A stretch of DNA of 64,000 nt, taken from contig JAHBVB010000001.1 in assembly GCA_019637805.1 (NCBI GenBank), forward strand, positions 5,262-69,261, written 5' to 3'. Below, in pieces: positions 8,077 through 16,353 of the stretch. The notes under the pieces are model-generated. The model had not been told where the DNA came from and did no database searches. It was given only the letters and a program-made list of their open reading frames with translations. The first letter of the stretch is position 1. Every line of letters begins with the position of its first letter. The position numbers and the translations under genes are program-made. The DNA comes from Anaerolineales bacterium. Its GTDB lineage: Bacteria; Chloroflexota; Anaerolineae; Anaerolineales; UBA11579.

Positions 8077-9948
8077 GTGAATACCCCCCGCAGCCGAGTA
8101 TCGGTACTCTACCTGCTCTTTTTCGCTGCGCTGGTCTTTTTTGTTTTTGCAAGTTACTACCAGCGAATCAACACCCAGGAACCGCTCAGCATTAACCAGG
8201 TGGCCGCCGACATCCAGGCCGGCCGCGTGGCACGCGTCATCACCGACAACGACCGGCTAACCGTGGTCTACCGCAGCGGCGAAGAGCGCGCCGCGCAGAA
8301 AGAGCCCGTGGCCACCACTGTCGAACAGCTGATGGCCCTGGGCGTGACCCAGGAGCAGCTCACCGCCAACCGCATCACCATCGAGGTCAAACCGCCAAGC
8401 TCCTGGCTGGGCATAGCGACGGTGATGACCTACCTGCTGCCGGTCATCGTGCTGGCTGCGTTGCTTTGGTTCGTCTTCCGCCAGGCGCAGGGCAGCAACA
8501 ACGCGGCGATGTCCTTCGGCAAATCGCGGGCGCGCATGTTCACCGGCGAAAGCCCTCAGGTGACCTTCAAGGATGTCGCCGGGGTGGAAGAGGCCAAAGT
8601 GGACCTGCAGGAGATCGTCGAGTTCCTCAAGGAACCCGACAAGTTCGTGCAGCTGGGCGCCCGCATCCCCAAGGGCGTGCTGCTGGTTGGCCGCCCGGGG
8701 ACCGGCAAGACCCTGCTGGCCAAGGCCGTCTCCGGCGAAGCCGGCGTGCCTTTCTTCTCCATCTCCGGTTCCGAATTCGTCGAGATGTTCGTGGGCGTAG
8801 GCGCCAGCCGTGTGCGCGACCTCTTCGACCAGGCCAAGCGCCACTCGCCCTGCATTATCTTCATCGACGAAATCGACGCCGTGGGCCGCCAGCGCGGCGC
8901 CGGCCTGGGCGGCAGCCACGACGAGCGCGAACAGACGCTCAACCAGATGCTGGTGGAGATGGACGGCTTCGATACCGACACCAACATCATCATGATCGCC
9001 GCCACCAACCGCCCCGATATTTTGGACCCAGCGCTGCTGCGCCCCGGCCGCTTCGACCGCCGGGTGATGCTGGACGCGCCGGATGTGAAAGACCGCGAAG
9101 CCATCCTCAAGGTGCATGTGCGCGGCAAACCGCTGTCCAAGAGCGTCAAGCTGGATGTGATCGCCCGCGCCACCCCGGGCCTGGTGGGCGCCGACTTGGA
9201 GAACCTGGTCAACGAGGCGGCCATTCTGACCGCCCGGCGCAACAAGAAAGCCATCGGCATGGACGAGCTTCAGGAAGCCATTGAACGCAACATGATCGGC
9301 CCGGAGCGCAAGACGCGCATCATCACCCCGGACGAGAAGACCATCGTGGCCTACCACGAGGCCGGCCACGCCGTGGTGGCCCACGCCCTGCCCAACTGCG
9401 ACCCGGTGCACAAAGTGACCATCGTGCCGCGCGGCCGCGCCGGCGGCTTCGTGCTGGCCCTGCCGGATGAGGACTACACCATGATCAGCCGGGCCAAGCT
9501 ACTGGACCGCATGGCCTTCACGCTGGGCGGCCGCGCCGCCGAAGAGATCATCTTCGACGACATCACCTCCGGCGCCCAGAGCGACCTTGAGCACGTGACC
9601 CGTGTGGCGCGCGAAATGGTCACCCGCCTGGGCATGAGCAAAGAGTTGGGGCCGCGCGTGTACGGACAGAAAGAGGAACTGGTCTTCCTCGGCCGCGAGA
9701 TTTCGGAACAGCGCGACTACTCCGAAGCGGTCGCCCAGAAGATCGACGAAGAAGTCCACAAACTGGTCGTGGAAGCCCTGACCCGGGCACGCAAGACCTT
9801 GACCAAATACAAGTCTCACCTGCACAAAGTGGCCAAGAAGCTGATGGAAGTGGAAACCCTCAGCCGGGAAGAGTTCGAAAAGCTCTTCCCCACGCCAGTA
9901 CCCAAGCGCAGCGGCACGCCGCGTTTGGTCAGCGCCAACTCCCGCTAG
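8077..9948 (+). CDS. ftsH: ATP-dependent zinc metalloprotease FtsH
   Basis: Two N-terminal TM segments, AAA+ Walker [14 protein letters not shown], Walker [12 protein letters not shown] region, zinc motif HEAGHA. GTG start with GGAGG upstream. Confidence 0.95.
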   Translation: MNTPRSRVSVLYLLFFAALVFFVFASYYQRINTQEPLSINQVAADIQAGRVARVITDNDRLTVVYRSGEERAAQKEPVATTVEQLMALGVTQEQLTANRITIEVKPPSSWLGIATVMTYLLPVIVLAALLWFVFRQAQGSNNAAMSFGKSRARMFTGESPQVTFKDVAGVEEAKVDLQEIVEFLKEPDKFVQLGARIPKGVLLVGRPGTGKTLLAKAVSGEAGVPFFSISGSEFVEMFVGVGASRVRDLFDQAKRHSPCIIFIDEIDAVGRQRGAGLGGSHDEREQTLNQMLVEMDGFDTDTNIIMIAATNRPDILDPALLRPGRFDRRVMLDAPDVKDREAILKVHVRGKPLSKSVKLDVIARATPGLVGADLENLVNEAAILTARRNKKAIGMDELQEAIERNMIGPERKTRIITPDEKTIVAYHEAGHAVVAHALPNCDPVHKVTIVPRGRAGGFVLALPDEDYTMISRAKLLDRMAFTLGGRAAEEIIFDDITSGAQSDLEHVTRVAREMVTRLGMSKELGPRVYGQKEELVFLGREISEQRDYSEAVAQKIDEEVHKLVVEALTRARKTLTKYKSHLHKVAKKLMEVETLSREEFEKLFPTPVPKRSGTPRLVSANSR

Positions 9949-9952
9949 CTTC

Positions 9953-9985
9953 AAAGAGCCAGGCAATGCCTGGCTCTTTCTTTTT
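9953..9985 (+). terminator. Rho-independent terminator after ftsH
   Basis: Stem AAAGAGCCAGG (9953-9963) / CCTGGCTCTTT (9969-9979), loop CAATG, then C + TTTTT (9981-9985). Confidence 0.8.
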
Positions 9986-9990
9986 AACTG

Positions 9991-9996
9991 TAAAAT
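9991..9996 (+). promoter_or_regulatory. -10-like hexamer TAAAAT, 7 nt upstream of the ATG of the FAAL gene (leaderless candidate)
   Basis: TAAAAT at 9991-9996, spacer ACCGCCC, ATG at 10004. No SD. Sits directly after the ftsH terminator. Confidence 0.4.
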
Positions 9997-10003
9997 ACCG
10001 CCC

Positions 10004-11662
<1,659 letters not shown>

Positions 11663-11668
11663 AGAGAG

Positions 11669-11917
11669 CTAGCTCGCCCGAGCTTCGATCAAGCCGGCAA
11701 GTTGCTCCAGCGTATCGAAGGTTTCGGCGTTGAGCTCGGTATCATCCAGGCGCACGCCCCAGGTCTGCTCCACAAACAGCGACAAGTCCACCAGCGAGAA
11801 CGAGTCGATCAATCCACCGGAAATTAGCGCTTCCGTGGCGGAGAGCGTTTTGTCCGGACGCTTCAAGATCTCGCCGGTGATGTATGTGTTCAGCTTGCTG
11901 ATGATTTCTGCTTTCAT
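11669..11917 (-). CDS. Acyl/D-alanyl-type carrier protein (phosphopantetheine attachment)
   Basis: 82 aa, acidic. GGLIDSFSLVDL matches the [DG]-S-[FL] phosphopantetheinyl-serine context of ACP/DltC-like carriers. The start overlaps the upstream stop as ATGA (11917-11914). Confidence 0.7.
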   Translation of the reverse strand: MKAEIISKLNTYITGEILKRPDKTLSATEALISGGLIDSFSLVDLSLFVEQTWGVRLDDTELNAETFDTLEQLAGLIEARAS

Positions 11918-13044
11918 TTTTTCTCCAAGTCAAAGAGCTCGGCCAGTACAGTTGCGATCTGCTGGGCCAATTGCTGTGTGCCCGCTGGCGTCAGGTGAAT
12001 GGGCGTATTGGTGAATTGGTCATTGTCCACCGCTTGCCACAGGTCGGCGTAATGCCAACTCTGCCGCTCCGCCTCAGCTTGCAGCCACTGGCGGTATTGG
12101 TCGTAGGCCCAGCGCGGATAAAAGGAATTGTAACGAATATCACTGTTGGCGCCGCGGCTGACAAACATAGGTTCGTTGATCAACAGCACGGGCGTCTCGC
12201 CGGCGCGCTGGATGCCGGCGGCGAGCACATCCAAGGCCAACGCAGTTTCGGGCAGCTCCGGCGGCAGAAATTCGCCATAGCGCTCATCCGCCTCCAGGTC
12301 GATGGCATGGCGTTCCACCTGCTCAGGAATGTGCACATCCACACCGGTGGCCGCCCACAAGACGCCGTAGAACTGCAAGCGCAATAAGTCTGCCAGGTTG
12401 CGCCGCTGGCCCAGCAAGCTGGCGCCCCAGGCATCCTGGCGGACGAAAGCAGGGTCCGCCGGGTCCAACGGCAGGCCATGATTGCGGATCAGTGCTTCGG
12501 CCCGCTGCGGGTTGTGCTGCAGCAGCGGCGAGCTGTCCTGCTTGCTCAGCGGAAAAGCTTCCAACGTCAGCGGCCAAATCAGCAGGTCGGGCTGGTAACG
12601 TATGGCGTAATCCAGAATGAGTAGGTCCTTGCTTAGTGAAATAGTCGGATGGCCAAGGTTGTAAAAGACCGCCCGGCGACCATCGGCCGTCCGCAACCCG
12701 GCGGCGTTGAGTGCCGACGTCAGTGTGTCTTTATTCTCCAGCAAATAGCCCCATACTGAAGAATCGCCGATCAGCAGTACGCGGTACTCGTCGGCGGCCT
12801 TGGGCGTGCCGTGCAGCTGGTGCGAGGCAAACATGGCCTCCAGGCTGTACAGGCTCAGGTTGTAGGCGCGCCCCGGATCATCGCCATAGGGCAGCCGCTC
12901 ACGCCCGGGCAGCAGTCCGTTGTACAAGCTGAGCCCGCCCAAAGCCGGCATGGGGTCAAAGGCTGCGAAGAGCAGGTTGACCAGCACAAACAGCAGCGCG
13001 GCCTTGAGAACAATCCGCACAGGTGAAACCACCGGTGATCTCAT
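11914..13044 (-). CDS. Membrane-anchored SGNH/GDSL-family protein, DltD-like position in the cluster
   Basis: Start taken at ATG 13044 (ATGA overlap with the MBOAT stop; the track ORF extends to 13155). N-terminal TM IVLKAALLFVLVNLLFAAF, block I LLIGDSSVWGY, block V DNDQFTNTPIHLTPAG (D..H). Confidence 0.7.
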   Translation of the reverse strand: MRSPVVSPVRIVLKAALLFVLVNLLFAAFDPMPALGGLSLYNGLLPGRERLPYGDDPGRAYNLSLYSLEAMFASHQLHGTPKAADEYRVLLIGDSSVWGYLLENKDTLTSALNAAGLRTADGRRAVFYNLGHPTISLSKDLLILDYAIRYQPDLLIWPLTLEAFPLSKQDSSPLLQHNPQRAEALIRNHGLPLDPADPAFVRQDAWGASLLGQRRNLADLLRLQFYGVLWAATGVDVHIPEQVERHAIDLEADERYGEFLPPELPETALALDVLAAGIQRAGETPVLLINEPMFVSRGANSDIRYNSFYPRWAYDQYRQWLQAEAERQSWHYADLWQAVDNDQFTNTPIHLTPAGTQQLAQQIATVLAELFDLEKK

Positions 13045-14450
13045 CGGCCCACCCCCACCCCGGCCAACACGCCAAAGACATGCGCCGCATCTGCCGGCTG
13101 CGGCAGGGCAAACCACACCCAACCCAGCGCAACGAAGACCAGGGTGGCCAGCCAACCCAGGCCGCTGGCCAAGCGCGGCTCAAACGGCAGTGGCCGCGCT
13201 TTGGCGAATTGCGCCCACTGGTTGTGGGCGAACAAGCCCAGACCGTGCCACAGGCCCCAGGCCAGGAAGTTCCAGGTGATGCCGTGCCACAGGCCGATCA
13301 GGCCCATGGTGCTCAGCTGGCCCAGCAGCACCACCAGCCAGACCGGCGCGCCGCGGCCGCGCAGCCAGCGCGTGAAGGGATTGAAGAAATAGGCCCGGAA
13401 CCACTGCGCCAGGGTAATGTGCCAACTGTTCCAGAATTGGGTCAGGTTGGGTTTGCGATAAGGCTGGGTGAAGTTCTCCGGCAAGGTCACGCCAAACAGC
13501 TGGCCCAGTCCGATAGCGATGCTGGTGTAACCCGCGAAGTCGAAGAAGATACGCAGGGCATAAGCCAACAACAGCAACCACATCCACAGCGGCTGACTGA
13601 CCTGCCAGGCGTTGACTGGATTGAGTGCAAAGAAGGCCAGCCCGTCAGCCAGGACGAACTTCATCACCAGGCCGCTGAGCAAGCGCTGGCCGGCCGCCAG
13701 CAGCCCGGCACTGTCCAAGACAAAACCAGGCTCCAGCTGGGGCACAAAGCGCTCAACGCGCTCAATCGGGCCAGCGGTGAGTGCCGGGAAAAAGACGATG
13801 TAGGTGATGAAGTCGCGCAGCCCCACTTCCCCCAGGCGGCCGGCCAGCCGGTCACGCAGCACATGGATCAGCCGGAAGGCGATGTAGGAGAAACCCAGCC
13901 AGCCCAGGTCCAGCGTGCTGGCCAGCGCCGGGTCCTGGCCGCCCAGGCCGCGCAGCCAGGCGCTGGCCGCCTGCACCAGCGGCGGCGACTTGAGCACCAC
14001 CAGCAGGCCGATCAAGAGCAGCACGCCGCCGTGCAGCCAGGCGGCCTGGCCGCGGCCCAGGCGGTACGCCAGCACAGCAGCAACGGCCAGGAGGGCCAGG
14101 CCGCCGCCCGCCAGTTCCAACCCCGGCGGGCGGGCCGGGCTGAGAGCGCTGAGCGGCTCGACAACGCGGGAGGCGCTGACCAGCAGGGCCAGGGCCGCCA
14201 AGCCGGCAGCCGCCCAGGCGTCTTGGCGGTTCCAGCGCCGCGGCAGGGTCAGCGCCCAGACCAGCACTGCCAGGCCCAGGCTGGCCAGGGGCAGCAGGTA
14301 GGGCAGATTGCGCACGAAGGAGGCAGGCTGCAGCCAGAAAGCCGCCAGGACGCTGGCGGCAAACAGCAGCCAGGCGCGGTCCAGCCAGCGGTACAGACGG
14401 CTCGCCAGCAGGCCTAAGCCGGCAAAGATCAGGATCTGGGTCAGGGTCAT
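13041..14450 (-). CDS. MBOAT-family membrane-bound O-acyltransferase (DltB/AlgI-like)
   Basis: Polytopic, 469 aa. Conserved FWNSWHITLAQWFRAYFF (catalytic His region) and GLWHGITWNFLAWGLWHG. Confidence 0.85.
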   Translation of the reverse strand: MTLTQILIFAGLGLLASRLYRWLDRAWLLFAASVLAAFWLQPASFVRNLPYLLPLASLGLAVLVWALTLPRRWNRQDAWAAAGLAALALLVSASRVVEPLSALSPARPPGLELAGGGLALLAVAAVLAYRLGRGQAAWLHGGVLLLIGLLVVLKSPPLVQAASAWLRGLGGQDPALASTLDLGWLGFSYIAFRLIHVLRDRLAGRLGEVGLRDFITYIVFFPALTAGPIERVERFVPQLEPGFVLDSAGLLAAGQRLLSGLVMKFVLADGLAFFALNPVNAWQVSQPLWMWLLLLAYALRIFFDFAGYTSIAIGLGQLFGVTLPENFTQPYRKPNLTQFWNSWHITLAQWFRAYFFNPFTRWLRGRGAPVWLVVLLGQLSTMGLIGLWHGITWNFLAWGLWHGLGLFAHNQWAQFAKARPLPFEPRLASGLGWLATLVFVALGWVWFALPQPADAAHVFGVLAGVGVGR

Positions 14451-14451
14451 G

Positions 14452-14571
14452 CTAAAAACCCTGGTAGATCCATAACGGGCTGGCGTCGGCCGTCATGACC
14501 AGCAACGCCATCACGGCCAAACACAATAGGACGGCGTAGAGGTTCTCGCGAGTTAATAGAGACTTAAGCAT
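14452..14571 (-). CDS. DltX-like single-pass micropeptide (39 aa) ending WIYQGF
   Basis: Internal ATG (14571) of the 80-aa track ORF gives MLKSLLTRENLYAVLLCLAVMALLVMTADASPLWIYQGF: one TM helix plus a C-terminal aromatic-I-Y-x-x-F. The TAG stop lies 1 nt before the MBOAT ATG. Confidence 0.55.
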   Translation of the reverse strand: MLKSLLTRENLYAVLLCLAVMALLVMTADASPLWIYQGF

Positions 14572-14581
14572 GGAAAGCGAA

Positions 14582-14587
14582 ATTATA
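14582..14587 (-). promoter_or_regulatory. -10-like TATAAT (minus strand), 10 nt upstream of the micropeptide ATG
   Basis: Plus-strand ATTATA at 14582-14587 is TATAAT on the minus strand. No SD before ATG 14571. Divergent from the mmuM-like gene. Confidence 0.35.
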
Positions 14588-14605
14588 AAGCAGTCAGGCA
14601 AACGG

Positions 14606-14611
14606 TAAAAT
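14606..14611 (+). promoter_or_regulatory. -10-like hexamer TAAAAT, 5 nt upstream of the ATG (leaderless candidate)
   Basis: TAAAAT at 14606-14611, spacer GCGGC, ATG at 14617. No SD. Confidence 0.35.
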
Positions 14612-14616
14612 GCGGC

Positions 14617-15504
14617 ATGAGAACCTTTCGAGAACGACTTATCGATCCACGGCCCATCCTGCTGGATGGGGCCATGGGCACTGAACTGGAACACCGCGGC
14701 ATCAACACGGATACACCGATCTGGTCAGCGATGGCCCTGATCGAGAAACCTGATCTGGTGGAACAAGTCCACCGCGATTATTTGGACGCCGGGGCTGAGG
14801 TGCTGATCACCAACACCTTCCGCACCCACCGCCGCAACCTGGCCAGCATGGGCATGGGCGAGCGGGCCGCCGAACTGACCGCCCTGGCGGTGGCGATCGC
14901 CCAGCAAGCCATCCGCGCCAGCGGGCGCGTGGCCTGGGTGGCCGGCTCCCTGGCCCCGCTGGAGGACAGCTACGTGGCCAACGCCCTGCCGCGCGAAACC
15001 TACCTGGAAGAACACGGCGAAATGGCCGCGCACCTGGCCGCGACCGGCGCCGACCTGCTGCTGGTGGAAACCATCAGTACGATCCGCGAGGCCTCGGCCG
15101 CCGCCGAAGCGGCACGCGCTACCGGGCTGCCTTACGGGGTCAGCTTCATTTGCAAGACGGACGGGCGCATGTTCTCTGGCGAGTCACTGGCCGAGGCAGT
15201 CGCCGCGCTGCAATCCTTCACGCCCGACTTTCTGGGCATCAACTGCACCGCGGCCCCTGAACTGCACCTGGCGCTGGCCGAGCTGCGCAACGCCACCAAT
15301 CTGCCCATCGCGGTGTACGCCAACCCCAGCCACACCGAAGACTACCAGCACTGGGACGAGACCGCCGCGGTTGACCCGCAGGTCTACGCGGGTTATGGGG
15401 AAAGATGGCTGCAAGGCGGCGCCCAACTGCTGGGCGGCTGCTGCGGCACCACGCCGGAACACATCGCCGCATTGCACGACTTGATCGGGGTGGAGGATGC
15501 GTAG
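14617..15504 (+). CDS. Homocysteine S-methyltransferase
   Basis: N-terminal ILLDGAMGTELEHRGI and C-terminal zinc-ligand motif LLGGCCGTTPEHI, both typical of the S-methyltransferase (MmuM/BHMT-like) domain. Confidence 0.85.
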   Translation: MRTFRERLIDPRPILLDGAMGTELEHRGINTDTPIWSAMALIEKPDLVEQVHRDYLDAGAEVLITNTFRTHRRNLASMGMGERAAELTALAVAIAQQAIRASGRVAWVAGSLAPLEDSYVANALPRETYLEEHGEMAAHLAATGADLLLVETISTIREASAAAEAARATGLPYGVSFICKTDGRMFSGESLAEAVAALQSFTPDFLGINCTAAPELHLALAELRNATNLPIAVYANPSHTEDYQHWDETAAVDPQVYAGYGERWLQGGAQLLGGCCGTTPEHIAALHDLIGVEDA

Positions 15505-16210
15505 TAGCCTGCCGGCCAACGATCATTTCATCCAGATCTACAAGAATCAGGCGGCCGCCTATCACCAGCTGATCGCGGCCGAAGACGCCGACGGCAACCT
15601 GCTGCCGGCCCTGCAGGCGGTTGCCCCGCTGAGCGGCGCACGCATTCTGGACCTGGGCAGCGGCAGTGGGCGCATCCCTCTGCTCTTGCAGGAGATCGAT
15701 TGCGAGATCGTCGCCAGCGACATCCACCATGCCATGCTGGTGGAACAAGCCGCCCAGGCCGCCGCGGCTGGGCGCCGCTGGCCGCTGTTGGTGGCGGACG
15801 GCCGCCGCCTGCCGCTGGCTGGCGGCTGGGCCGACGCCAGCATCGCCGGCTGGGCTTACGGCCACTTCACGGGCTGGAGCGCCGACTGGCGGATCGAGGC
15901 GCAGCAGGCCGTGGCCGAAATGCGGCGCGCCACCCGCCCCGGCGGCGTCATGGTCATTTTCGAGACCTTGGGCACCGGCGCCCTGCAGCCTGCCCCGCCC
16001 AACCCGGCCTTGGCCGATTACTACGCCTGGCTGGAGGATGAACTGGGCTTCCAACGGCAGGCCATCGCCACCGATTACGATTTCGGCTCAGTGGAACGGG
16101 CGGCAGAGATCTGTGGCTTCTTCTTTGGTGAGGAACTGGCGGCCAGGGTGCGCCAGAATGCTTGGAGCCGGGTACCGGAATGGACCGGCATGTGGAGCCG
16201 GTGGGCCTAA
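15497..16210 (+). CDS. Class I SAM-dependent methyltransferase
   Basis: Motif I ILDLGSGSGRIPLLL and post-I acidic residue (ASDI). 8-nt overlap with the upstream gene. Confidence 0.7.
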   Translation: MRSSLPANDHFIQIYKNQAAAYHQLIAAEDADGNLLPALQAVAPLSGARILDLGSGSGRIPLLLQEIDCEIVASDIHHAMLVEQAAQAAAAGRRWPLLVADGRRLPLAGGWADASIAGWAYGHFTGWSADWRIEAQQAVAEMRRATRPGGVMVIFETLGTGALQPAPPNPALADYYAWLEDELGFQRQAIATDYDFGSVERAAEICGFFFGEELAARVRQNAWSRVPEWTGMWSRWA

Positions 16211-16214
16211 ACCC

Positions 16215-16255
16215 GTCATTCTGAGCCAGCGGCGCAGCCGCGCCGCCAAGAATCC
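16215..16255 (+). repeat. Intergenic hairpin repeat GTCATTCTGAGC-[GC hairpin]-CAAGAATCC (copy 1)
   Basis: GTCATTCTGAGC (16215-16226); internal stem GCGGCGC (16229-16235) / GCGCCGC (16240-16246); AAGAATC end (16248-16254). The same termini recur inverted at 28227-28285. Confidence 0.6.
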
Positions 16256-16309
16256 ATCACCACCCATAAATCCTATATTCGTTCATGCAGGCAGCTGGGA
16301 TTCGGGATG

Positions 16310-16336
16310 CTACGTGTCGCTCTGAGCGACACGTAG
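16310..16336. repeat. Perfect 13-bp inverted repeat CTACGTGTCGCTC / GAGCGACACGTAG between convergent genes
   Basis: 16310-16322 pairs perfectly with 16324-16336. Lies 18 nt downstream of the mutS stop. No T-tract, so the terminator role is uncertain. Confidence 0.4.
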
Positions 16337-16353
16337 GTGCACAGCAGCGGCCG

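Noticed and set aside
13023-14417. 464-aa plus-strand ORF over the MBOAT gene
   Set aside because: The Q/A/G/P/R-rich translation has no TM segments or motifs. The opposite strand encodes a polytopic protein with the MBOAT His motifs and coupled neighbours.
14572-14694. N-terminal 41 codons of the 80-aa track ORF upstream of the micropeptide
   Set aside because: The extension runs through the divergent promoter region and into the start of the mmuM-like gene (14617), and has an odd composition. The internal ATG 14571 gives a clean TM peptide.
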